From assembly GCF_963921235.1 (NCBI RefSeq), contig NC_086097.1:147810001-147874000 (forward strand): a DNA stretch of 64,000 bases, written 5' to 3'. Shown here piece by piece: positions 12,209 to 23,529 of this stretch. A program made the translations under genes and the position numbers. The stretch's first letter is position 1. The number at the start of each line of letters is the position of its first letter. The notes under the pieces were generated by a model. That model was given only the letters and a program-made list of their open reading frames with translations, made no database searches and was not told the origin of the DNA. The DNA comes from Mobula hypostoma (taxonomy: Eukaryota).

Positions 12209-14249
12209 AAGACTCTTAGCCGGCTACAAAAAGCGTTTACAAGCTGTGATACTTGCCAAAGTGGGTGTTACTAAGTACTGACCATGCAGTGTGCCCGAAC
12301 TTTTGCTTTGGGCCCTTTTCCTTTTTCGTTATTTTGAAACTGTAAAAGATGGAAATAAAAAGAAGTAATCTTGCTTAACACATTAAAGAAATATGTCGTC
12401 TTTGACTTTATGCCTTTTGTAAATCAGGTCATCTTTTACTCGCTTAGATATTCACAGTAACAGAAATTTTGACCGAGTTGCCCAAACTTTTGTATGCCAC
12501 TGTATATTGCAGTCAACCTCTGCAGTTCTCTTTACCAACTTTTTTTTTTGACTTTTTTAATTTTGGATGATGAATGTAGACTAGAAAGTGTTGACCTTCA
12601 CTGACATTGGTTTATCCTAACTTGTTCAGTTTTTAGTTTTTCTATACTTGTACATTTTCCCTCTTTTAATTACGTGTTATCTGATTACACAATACAAAAA
12701 CATTTTCAAGTATTGCGATTAAGAAAAATAGGTGAAAAGCTTTGTGGTTTTTTTCCCTAATTATTTAATTGGTATTTCAGGTTTTGGGACTGGAACTTGT
12801 GAGCATACTATTTGTATACCATTACAAGTACTTTTAATGGCTTTACAGCTTTGAATAGAAAAGTTAAGTTGATTAAAAGCACCTTTAAATTTGGAAAAGA
12901 GTTTGTTATTAAAACTGAAATTTTTGCCTTGGGACCAGTATTTTAGCAATTTCTTGTTTTGCCATGTACAAACTTGGTAAATCCTATTTAACACTGACAC
13001 CAACTGCTGCAACGTTTGTTTTAAAATCAGTATCAAATATATAGAGTTAGGGCTGTTAAAATTGTCCTCTACTCTGTCTATTTTACCCCAAGCTAAGTTA
13101 GCAATTACATCATCATTGCAGTTCCTCTTTGCACATCTACGACATAGTTAATGTTACCTAAATGCCTTTTAATCAATGTTAGAAGTAAATATAGTGTTAT
13201 CACATACACACAACTAATAATTCATTTTGATGTTAGTTGAATGTAAGATGACAAAACAGCAACTCAAAATAATGGAAGTTTGCAGATAAAGATTTTCTTC
13301 ATGTCAGTAGCTCTGTGACTAGTTATGTGTGTAAAGTATGGTGAAGGAATAATGCACACCAAATTACATCTCTTAGTATTTTCACTTATTCTCTGTATTA
13401 CTATGAATCAAGTTATTAGTAGTAAAGTACATTTTACTTTATTTGCTTCTATAATGTGATTGCAGGCTATTTGTTTTAGCTTCCTTTACTATTTCAGATT
13501 AAATTCCATATGAATACTCTGCAAAATGGGATTGCCATTACAAGCAGTTACATTCTTGCAGAGGAGTGCTGAACTGCAGCAACTGTTCATTTTGGCAGAG
13601 CAGCATTCTATGCGATGATTAAGAATGCAGTATAGTGGCAGAAATTGAGTATCCAGTCAAGTATCACCAAATAATCAGCAATATTTCATGCCAATCCAAG
13701 AATATCAGTGGATAAGAAACAAAAAAGGGAACTAGTTATTTTGCTCTCCTGCAGTTGTTGAGGGTGGGGAACTATGCAGATCAGAATTCAATTCATTCTG
13801 GGCATCTAGTGGTGATCAAATACAAACAAATGCACTGACATCGGGAGGAACTTCAGATCACTCTTACTATGATTGTTAACAACTGACCACAATTATATGA
13901 AGACTGAGGCCATACACTGTGGTTTTTTTAAAAAAGTAAGTTGTAATTGATAGCTATATTGGCTCAGTATTTCCTGTCAAATGAAAGAGAATAGCAACTA
14001 TGTAGAATGTTGTAATTTTTCTCTGAAATGCCGAAGATTACAATGAATGTACTGGATGTTGCAATTGGCTGAACATTTTGGCAGACTAGCCATGTGAACG
14101 CATGTAATTTATTTTTGTTTTGGTGATTGAAGAAAGATTATTATAGTAGAGAACAGTATAATGTTCAGTGATTTTTTTTTTAAGGCTCAAAGAATCAGAT
14201 AGGTAGTGAATGACTTTACCACCGTCCAAATGCTGGCAGCATAAACTCT

Positions 14250-14990
14250 GGAGATGATATCAGGCATCTTCTATGGAAATGTAGTAGGGCCGACACCCTG
14301 CGTCAGGACTGAAATAGAAGTGGGGGAAGAAGCCAGAATAAAAAGGTAGGGAGAGGGGAAGGAGGCTAGGCAAAAGGTAATGGGTGAAGCCAAGTAGGTG
14401 GAAAAGGTCAAGGGCTGGAGAAGAAGGAATCTGATAGGAGACAGTTGTGGACTATAGGATAAAGGGAAGGAGGAGAGGATCCAGAAGGAAGCGATAGGTA
14501 GGTGATGAGAGGTACAAGGCAGACTGGGAAAACAAACAAAAGGAGAGAGGGAGGGAATTTTTTTTTATTGGAAGGAGAAATTGATATTTATGCCATCAGG
14601 TTGTAGTCTTTCAAGATGAAATATAAGGTGTTGTTCCTCCACCCTGAGGGTGGCCTCATCTTGGCACAAGAGGAGATATGGACCAACATGTCAGAACGGG
14701 AATGGGAATTAAAGTGCTTGACTACCGGGAAGTTCTGCTTTTGTGGATGGAGTGGTAGCACTTGACAAAGTGGTCACCTAGTTTATGACGGATATCACCA
14801 ATGTAGTAGAAGCCTCATCGGGAGCACTGGACAGAATAGACGACTCCAGCAGAAGTGTTACCTCATCTGGAAGGACTGTTTGAGTTGAGGGAGGAGGTGA
14901 CTGGGCAGGTGTAACCCTTGGGCCATTTGCAGGAATAAGTGCTGGGAGGAAGATTAGTGGACAAGGGAATCATGGAGGGAGCAACCCTGC
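14250..14990 (-). mobile_element. Degenerate Penelope-like element 3' fragment (GIY-YIG region and terminus)
   Basis: Colinear with 36330-37160 (tgccatcaggttg, ataaggtgttgttcctcc, gggagcactggac, ctggaaggactgttt). Degenerate hammerhead remnant near 14287-14311. Confidence 0.85.
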
Positions 14991-15189
14991 AAGATGAACA
15001 ACCTTGTAGCAATTTTTTGAAAATTAGCGATACAGCATTCAAATCAGCAAAGTAATGGAGTTAGCAGTCAAACTAATGTATTTAAGATAAGTTAGTGATC
15101 TCGTTGGAGTTCCAATAATATGTAACTAAGCAGTTGGAACTAAGAGACATGAAATATTCAACTACAACCATCTTAATATTTATACAAAT

Positions 15190-16551
15190 GCCCTCTTTCT
15201 GCCTTCATCCAGTCAAGTCATGTAACAGTCATCTAGGCCAGAGATTACCAGCACTTAGCCTAGTATAGAATGATGTGCACCACCACTCTCTGTCAAGTCA
15301 GTAAGTCAAGTTAAAGTCATGAAGGTTCTAGAGCTGTAGCTTCTTGAACTTCTGCCTCCTGTAGAAGACAGATCTTGGTTATAAGCCTGTCCAGATAGCC
15401 AATCTTGGCCTTGATGAGCACCTGCTGCACAAATTCTCTTCTTCCTGGAAAGACTTGAATGACTCTTCCCATGATCCATGAGTTTTGAGGTGCTGTGTGG
15501 TCAACTATGAGCATGATGTGTCCTGGGAAGAAATTGTATTTCATACCTGACTATTTCTGACATTCTTGCAACTGTGGTAAGTATTCCTGACCCACCATTT
15601 CCAAAACAAGTTCATAATGGCTTCTCACACCTCAGCTCCAACAAAGTTTGTCACATTATCAGAGTGCAGTTCACAAGCCTATCCGCATCATGCTAGGAAG
15701 CGTTGAAGTGTATTAACAAAATGATTTGCGTCTAAAGAAATTGCCCCTTCAAAGTGAACAGCTCTTACAGCAAGACAGGTAAATATGACCCCATATCTCT
15801 TCACTGTACTCCTGCTCCTTACCTCAAAAGGTCTAAAGTAGTCAACTGTTACACGTGTAAACAGAGGTTCATCTGGAGCGACCCTATCCAGAGGTAGATC
15901 TGCCATGTGCTGGTACCTTGGAACTGTGTGCAACTGTCGATAAGCAACGTACTTAGACAGGGTTCTTCTTATAGCTGTACTAGCACAAAGAATCCAGTAT
16001 TTTTGGTGCAGCCTACATAATGTAGTGTCGGCCACCATGTCCCATTTCTTCAGAATATATGTGTCTCAGAATGGTGTCTGAGATACGAAGCTTGCTTTTC
16101 GATTAAAATCAATAAAAGTGATCTTACGGTTGTGCCTTTTGTGCAGTTTACAGACCACTGTTCTCAATTTATCCCTAAGCAGAGAGGGTAATTTCTTTAT
16201 GACAGCTGACATGTTAGCAAGCATGTTTAGCTTATGCATGTACTGCATTTCTTCCATAGAATTGCAACAGCCTCTAAGAAGAAGAAGACTGTAGTCTTGA
16301 AGAGTTTTCACGATTTCAAGAGCTCTCATGTCTTTTGAGTTGATAGGTATCCAAGGAAGAACCTTTTGTATGTGAGCAGATGCAATTTTCTTTTCATTAC
16401 CAAAATGTTCCTGTAGTAACAGCTTAGCTTTTAGATCTTCTTTCTTAGGATCAACATGCCTGCAACTTCTGACAAGTTCTCTAGGGCGACCTCTAGTGTA
16501 CTGTTCAAGGAAACAAAAAAAATCATTCTCCATGACTCCACCCCTCTCCAA
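15190..16551 (-). mobile_element. BEL/Pao LTR retrotransposon relic (gag piece joined to integrase and C-terminal domain)
   Basis: 16066-16551 gag-like (LEQYTRGRPRELVRSC..LQEHFGNE); 15688-16038 integrase-like (KYWI, MADLPLDRV, VDYF, VIFTCLAVRAVH); 15317-15544 C-terminal (SWIMGRVIQVFPG..ITKICLL). Confidence 0.85.
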
Positions 16552-19224
16552 TAGAATAAACTAAACAACTAATGAAATGAGAATATGTAACTATACTCAT
16601 TTGCTTCAATCCACAGTCCAACCCACATGACGGAAAATAGATATGACTACAACAGACAGAAAATGGATACATGGCTCCTACACAGTGTTCAATATATTCT
16701 GAGCAACCAAACCTCCCTGAAGTTGAAAATTACATCGCTACAACCCACTACGTAGAAATAACTTTTTTCTCAGTTCTGAATGAACACCCCCCATTGTAAG
16801 GCCTTGCCCCCACTTCTGGCCTCTCCAGTTTGAGTCATGTATCCAGTTAATCTCCTTGTTGGAACGTTCAATGTTGTAAATCAGAATACCTAATACTGGG
16901 CTGATTTGGTTAATTTAATGCATGAATTTATTCATTTTAATTTCAGTTATTTTACATTTTTTTCAATTTTTTTTTGGAAAACTAAATACAATCTTCATTG
17001 CTCCCATGAACCTTGGAAAATAAATGTGGCTCTGGGGGTAAAAAATCAGAACTTTTATTACTAATTTACAAATTACAGTAATTGCCTGTTGCCCAAGGCC
17101 TTGTTTCTTTTTCAGTTCAGCAGCTGCAAATGGACAAACTAATATCCTAAAGTTAATTCCCCTGCTATGCTGAGTAGTCTTAACCTCAGCTAAAATTGTG
17201 ATTGGCTTTGGTGCACCTGAGCCAGCAAAAGCGGGAATTGGACACGTATCCAAATTAGAAGTCAGTAATCCATTGAGAGCCTGTGCCTGTATTCTTCACA
17301 CATTGGCTAGAAAGGGGAGTGGGTTCTTTTCTCTGCTTTGACGTGTTAGCATTTTCTATTACCTACATGACAAATGGCAGTTGAACATGATACTAGATGG
17401 TTGCAGTCCCTTTGTACCACAGCTTAGTGTTTCACACAAGGAGGGAAAAACTTAGCAAGTTTTAAAAAAGTGACAGAAAAATCTGGTATAATACAAATCA
17501 TAAAATCGTGAAGTATAGAAACAGATGTAGACCTTGTGACTGTCTGCTCTACCACTCAGAGCAATCTTGGCTCAGCCCCAGTGCATTCATTTTCTTGTCT
17601 ATTCCCTATTTCCTAGAATTACCTTTGTATCCAAAAAGCTAATAATCTTAATCTGGTGCCTCCTGCCAGCAAAGATTTTTGATCTGCCCTGTAAAACATG
17701 GATCATTTTTTCCATCTCAATGAACCCATCACTGACAGTGAAATCCACCACATCTCCATTGTGCTAGTAGATGTAATAGGAGGAGAGTTTGAAGATCAAC
17801 CGAAAATGCAGCACAAAGCTTGTATTCTGTTGGGTAGCAGTGATCCCTGCCGTACTGTACACTTGTGCATCATAGCTACATGTAGCAGGTGTCTCAGTGC
17901 ATTGTAGAGGTACTACAGTCCTGTCTCCCAGGGTACTTCAAACCTACTGGCAAAGTAAGCAAGCTGGTGTCCTCATCAAGACAGATATCCCCAGGATTTT
18001 GGCTCTCATTGTCCTCAGCCGTCTCTGATGGAAAGCTCACTTGGTTTGCACGTCTGATGTAATATTTCTGATATGTACATTCAGTTCTGATCCTCAACTT
18101 GATCAGTGAAACCATTCTTTATCCTGCACTCTTTACTTTGTGTAACAAACTTTTCCCATCTAGTTACATTGATTTTATTGTCATACATACAAGTATGGTA
18201 AGCACAATGGAAAAACTAGCTTTCTTATTTTATACCTTATTTTGACTTTTAAAAAGATTTTTTGCACATTTAATCCTCTTGCTTCTCTTGATGCACACTG
18301 TCAAATATATTTTCCCTGATACAAAAACATGCTGAATCTATCTAATTGCAATTTGTTTTTCCAAGGGTCTTGTTATAATTTAATATTGATTTCTGGTATT
18401 TGGCTAACTATTGATGTGTAAGTAATCTCTGTCGTATAAAATTAGCATATATTTTTGCTAAGATTCATGACCAGGTGTTAAATAATAACAGCTTATTTAT
18501 AGACCACCTTTTGTACTGTGTAGTGTAGTTCAGTGTTTTACAATGGGATGAAGTGCAACATGACAATGAAAGACAAAAAGATGTTAGTGGAAGGAAAATT
18601 AAATAGGTTTTGGGCTAGTATTTAAAAGTTTCCACTGAGCCTGCATCCCTTATAGTTTTAGGTATTGAGCTTCACAGTTTTGGAGCGTAGTTAAAAAAAA
18701 ACGGACCTGCCAATTATCTTTTGAGGGAGATTGTTTAACTTTAAGAAAGTTTTGGAAGAAGACTTGAGAGTTGAGCAGGATTATAAAACTCCTGGATTAT
18801 ATACTCCGGTCCAAGACCATTAAGAGCTTTAAAGGAAAAAAACAAGTAAGAGAACTTTAAAATCAATTTTAAAAGATGTGGGAAACCAATGCAGAGCAGC
18901 TAGGATGGGAGTGAGATGCGACCTCAGTCTAGTTTTAGGTAAAATTCTAGTAGTGGTATTCTGAATGAGTTGAAGTTTGTTAATAGATTAATTTGGAAGG
19001 CCAGGAAAAAGTACATTGCAGTAATCTAGTCTATTCAAATAAAGGAATGAATTAATTTTTCAGCATCATTACCTAACAGAAACAAAGCTACCTTTACAAT
19101 ATTTCTCAAATGTAGAAATGCTACTGTGGTCATTTTCTTTATATGGGATTTAAATTTCAATTCTGAATCAGAGAGTACCCAGGCTTGCTGCTTTTGATTT
19201 TCCAAGGGGAGCCAAGTTTACCTC

Positions 19225-20807
19225 AAACACGAGAAATTATGCAGGTGCTAGAAATCCAAAGCAAAACACAAACTACTGGAGGAACTCAGCAGATCAGGCA
19301 GCATCTACAGAAATTAATAAATAGTCATTTTTCGATTTAAGACCCTTCAGGACTGAAGGAAGGGGAAAATGCCTGAATAAAAGGGTGGTGAGAGGGGAAG
19401 GGGAATAGCTAGAAGGTGATAGGTAAAGCCAGGTGGGTATGAAAGGTAAAGGGCTGTAGAGGAAAGAATCTGAGAGATGAGCATCAACCATAGGAGAAAG
19501 GGAAAGAGGAGGGGACACAGGGAAAGTGGAAAGGCAGGTGACGAGGGGAGTGGTAGGGAATTTTTTTTTAACCATGCCATATTCATGCCATCAGGTAGAA
19601 TATAAGGTGTTGGTTCTCCACCCTGAGGGTGACCTCATCGAGGCACAAGAGGAGTCCATGGACCAACATATCCTAACAAGAATGGGAATCAGAATTTAAA
19701 TATTTGACCACTGGGAAGTTCAGTTTTTAGCAGATTGAACAGAGGTACTCAACAAAGCACTTCCCCCAATTTACGACAGGTCTCGCCAATGTAGAGGAAG
19801 CCATATTGGGAGCACCAGATTCAGTAGACTACTCTTGCAGATTTGCAGGTGAAGTGTGCCTCACCTGGAAGGACTGTTTGGGGCCCTGAATGGAAGTGAG
19901 GGGGGAGGTTAATGGGCAGATGTAGCACTTTGGCAGTTTACAGGGGTAAATGCCAGGAGGAAGATCAGTGGGGAGGGACAAATGGACAAGGGAATTATAG
20001 AGAGAGCATTCCTTGCAGAAAGTGCAGGGGGTGGGGGGGGAGGTAAAAATACATTTGGCAGTAGGATCTCTTTGGAGGTGGCGGAAATTGTGGATGATGA
20101 TGTGTTGGATGCGTAAGCTCAAGGGTGGTAGGTAAGGATGAGAAACTCTATCAGTGTGAAGGCAGCAGGGAAGAAATGGCACAAGAGGAAAAGGCAAGGT
20201 ATATTGGCGACTGCTTTGGTGCTGCTTCATGTATCCATGTCCATTCTATCAACTTTGCCTCTAACTTCCATCCTGCCCTTAATTTCACTTGGTCCATTTC
20301 TGATACCTCCCTCCCCTTTCTCAATCTCTCTGTCTCCATCTCTGGAGACAGAGAGATTGACTGACATCTTTTATAAACCTACCAATTCCTATGGTTATCT
20401 TGATTATTCCTCTTCCCACTCTTGTCTTGTCAAAATGCTGTTCCCTTTTCTCAGTTCCTTCATCTTCGCCACATGTTCCTAGGATGCGGCTTTCCTTTTC
20501 AGGACATCATAGATTATCTTCCTTAAAATAACAGGATTTCCCTTCCTCTACCGTTGATGCTGATCTCACTCGCATCTCCTTCATTTCCTGAACATCCGTG
20601 CTTACACCATCTTCCTGCTACCTTAACAGTGATAGCATTCCTCTTGTGCTTACCCATCACCCTATGAGCCCCCACCTTTTTATTCTGGCATCATCCCCCT
20701 TTCTTTCCAGTCTGAAGAACAGTCTTAGCCCAAAACGTCGACTATTTATTCATTTCCATAGATTGTGCCTGACTTGAGTTTCTCTCGCATTTTGTGTGTG
20801 TTGCTTT
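19225..20807. mobile_element. Rearranged Penelope-like element with outward-facing inverted termini
   Basis: Minus-strand 3' part 19225-~20165, plus-strand RT piece ~20195-20670 (RYIGDCFGAASC..NFHPALNFTWSISD), then a plus-strand terminus. Flanked by caagtttacctc (19213-19224) and caagtttatctc (20808-20819). Confidence 0.85.
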
Positions 20808-20863
20808 CAAGTTTATCTCTTTTGGCTTTGGGACCAACCAAAAGTATTTCAGTTTCGTTCATT

Positions 20864-22347
20864 TATTTAGAGATACAGTGCGGAACAGGCCCTTCCGACC
20901 CAATGACCTGTGCCGCACAGCAAACCACCGATTGAATTCTAGCCTAATCACAGGATAATTTACAAAGATCGATTAACCCAGCGGTCCCCAACCACTGGGC
21001 CGCAGACCGGTTCCAGGCCGCAAAGCATGTGCTACCGGGCCGAGAGGAAACGATATGATTTGGCGATAGGAGTCAGCTGCACCTCTCCTCATTCCTTGTC
21101 ATGTCAACTGTTGAGCTATTACGCATGCGAGGCCATTACCCGCGAGTCATCCGTGTCAGCGCAGGAAGAAGATCAACTCCTCGAGCTTGAAAATGACGGC
21201 GGGCTGAAAAGTATGTTTGACATAACATCTCTGGCAGCATTCTGGATCAAAGTCAAGGCTAAGTATCCTGAGATAGCCACGAAAGCACTGAAAACGTTGC
21301 TTCCATTTCCAACATATCTCTGCAATGAATGCAGTGAAAACTAAATTGCGGAATAGGCTGGATATAAGGAACCCCCTTCGCGTATCGCTGTCTCCCATCA
21401 CCCGTTGATGGGACCATCTCGTTGCAGGAAAACAGGCCCAGGGCTCCCACTGATTCAGCGATATTGGTGTGTTGCAATGATTTTATATGTTCATATGGGG
21501 AAAATATGTGCTGTGTGTTTAATATCCAAACGTTACTTAAAACGTTATGATGCTATTGACTTATATAACCATATAACAATTACAGCATGGAAACAGGCGA
21601 TCTCTGCCCTTCTAGTCCGTGCCGAACGCTACTCTCACCTAGTCCCACCGACCTGCACTCAGCCCATAACCCTCCATTCCTTTCCTGTCCATATACCTAT
21701 CCAATTTTTCTTTAAATGATAATATCGAACCTGCCTCTACCACTTCTACTGGAAGTTCATTCAACATTTACTTCAAGCTCCCTTGTCCTCCCCGATAATT
21801 GACTTACCACTATATTCATGTGAGGAAAATATGTGCTGTGTGTTTAATATTAAATTCGTTAGATAAATCCTTTTAGAAACGAAATTGAGTGTATTAGCCA
21901 CTTATCACTGATATTCTGGTCGTGATTAACACCCCCCCTCCCCCCAACCCCGAACAGAATCGCCAAAAATGATTTGTGGAAAAAAATCGTACACGCATAC
22001 GCAAGTTATGCATGTGCACTGGTGCCCGCGCAAGGCTTCATGGTCATTGTAGTCTTTCTCGGGGTAAACCTAGCGTATTTGACTGCAATCCTACCACCAC
22101 CCCTGACCCCCCACCCCCGGTCGGCCGGTGCACAAGAATATTGTCAATATGAAACCGGTCTGCAGTACGAAAAAGGTTGGGGACCCCTGAATTAACCTAC
22201 TAACCAGTATATCTTTGGACTTGGGAGGAAACCAGAATACCCAGAGGAAATCCATGTGGTCACAGGGAGAATGTTCAAACTCCTTACAGATGGCACTGGA
22301 ATTGAGCTCAGATGCCTCTGAGCTATAATAGTGTCGTGTTAACCATG
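20864..22347 (-). mobile_element. tRNA-derived V-domain SINE (HE1-like) with CR1-type tail, split by a hAT insertion
   Basis: Reverse complement reads tgtaaggagtttg..ttctccctgtgacc..ggatttcctctgggt..tctggtttcctccca..tccaaaga (V-SINE-like core); tail gggcctgttccgcactgtatctctaaat. Confidence 0.75.
20979..22189 (+). mobile_element. Non-autonomous hAT-Charlie element, copy 1
   Basis: TIRs cagcggtccccaacc / ggttggggacccctg. 8-bp TSD gattaacc/aattaacc. hAT C-terminal remnant FWIKVKAKYPEIATKALKTLLPFPTYLC. Confidence 0.92.
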
Positions 22348-23249
22348 AGAAGTTATTGTTCGTTTGTTTGTTTATTGTCGCCATATCAAAGTCAGAGAAG
22401 TTTGACTGTTATCATCAGGCTCAATCAAGGTATGCAGTTGAGTGTCATCTGCATAACTGTGGACATCAAGTTTATGCTCTCTAATGATGTTTCCTCAGGG
22501 GAACATGTATAAGGAGAAGAATAGGAGACCAATACACCTTTCTTGAGCAACAGAAAGAGGTACATTGTATCTCTTAGAAAGTTGGTCTCCAAGACATTTT
22601 TTTTTCTCTCAGATGTATGAGCAAAACTGATTAAGGGCACTACCAGAGAGGACAACCCAGTACTCAAGGCAATCTAGGAGAATGTTTTGTTCAATTATAT
22701 TGAAGGTAGCTCTTAGATCTAGAAAAATTAGAACTGAAACTCTGTTGGCATCAGTGCTGAGCCTCAGCTCGCTAACAATTTTGGGAAGGGATGTCTCTGT
22801 GCAGTGGTTTGCTCTAAAACCAGACTGAAACTTTTCTAGAATATTGTTCTCATTCAGGAAATTGTTGAATTGGTTGAAAATGACTTTCTTAAGGATTTTG
22901 CCCAGGGAAGGAAGATTTGATATAGGCCTGTAGTTAACCTGTACCTCACTATTGAGGTTTGGTTTTTTATGTAGGGGTTTGTCGGCCATAATTTTGAATG
23001 CGTTTGGAAAATCACCAGTAGGAAGCTTCAAGGGATGTGTTAATTTTCCTAACATAACTGAAAGCATTCTAGACTCCTTATAAAGAATAGTAGGAACAGG
23101 GTCATTATGAATGTATAGTTATCTCTATAGCCTCCCGCCCCTGCCCCTTTTGGGATCCACCAGAGTACAGACAATCAGTTTCTTGGAAAGTTGTTCATTA
23201 TTAATCCTATTCACTTCCATAGTACTTTCGCTTTTTATTCATTCAAAAG

Positions 23250-23515
23250 ATATAGACTTTGCAGGCTGAGCCAACAATTAGTTGTCCATCCTTAGTTGCT
23301 CTTGAAAAAGTGATGGTGAGTTTCCATCTTGAACCACTGAAGTCCCTGATCCTGTAAGGGAGGGAGTTTCTGGATTTCAACACAGCAACAGTGTCAGACT
23401 CATCAAGATATACAATTGAGTGCCATCTGCATAATTGTGGAATATATCTCATATATATCCCTAAGTCAGGAGGATGATGTGAGGTTTAGAAGGCAACTTG
23501 CAAGTGGTGATATTA
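23250..23515 (-). mobile_element. Old LINE 3'-end fragment with a small embedded L2-like piece
   Basis: ttgtccatccttagttgctcttgaaaaagtgatggtgag..cttgaaccactg..gggagttt-like sequence resembles an elasmobranch LINE end (from recall). 23395-23450 resembles 22436-22468 (YAD.TQL). Confidence 0.45.
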
Positions 23516-23529
23516 GTTATTTTAAAGTA

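Larger units (their letters stand above)
8511..12502. mobile_element. Fold-back Tc1/mariner element (two 3' halves head-to-head), interrupted by a CR1
   Basis: Termini ccgtggcatgcaaaagtttgggca and tgcccaaacttttgtatgccactg followed by TA. Transposase remnants occur on both strands: 9019-9369 minus (WKQVLWTDEVKIELFG, PTVKHGGG) and 9353-9841 plus (PTVKHGGGSIMLW, QQDNDPKH, WPSQSSDLNII). Confidence 0.9.
18480..23110 (-). mobile_element. Old L2-clade LINE split into three pieces (about 18480-19224, 20808-20863, 22348-23110) by nested insertions
   Basis: 22609-23067 NYRPISNLPSLGKIL..FQSGFRANHCTET..LDL; YADDTQL at about 22436-22460; TEILLVGPK at about 20825-20855; AEKLIHSFI.NRLDYCN..KLQLIQN at about 18960-19065. 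Confidence 0.85.

Noticed and set aside
13797..13815. CTCF-like motif (minus strand ccactagatgccc)
   Set aside because: A single imperfect match is expected by chance in 64 kb.
17894..18115. 73-aa minus-strand ORF as exon or LINE remnant
   Set aside because: No motif or splice support strong enough for either call.
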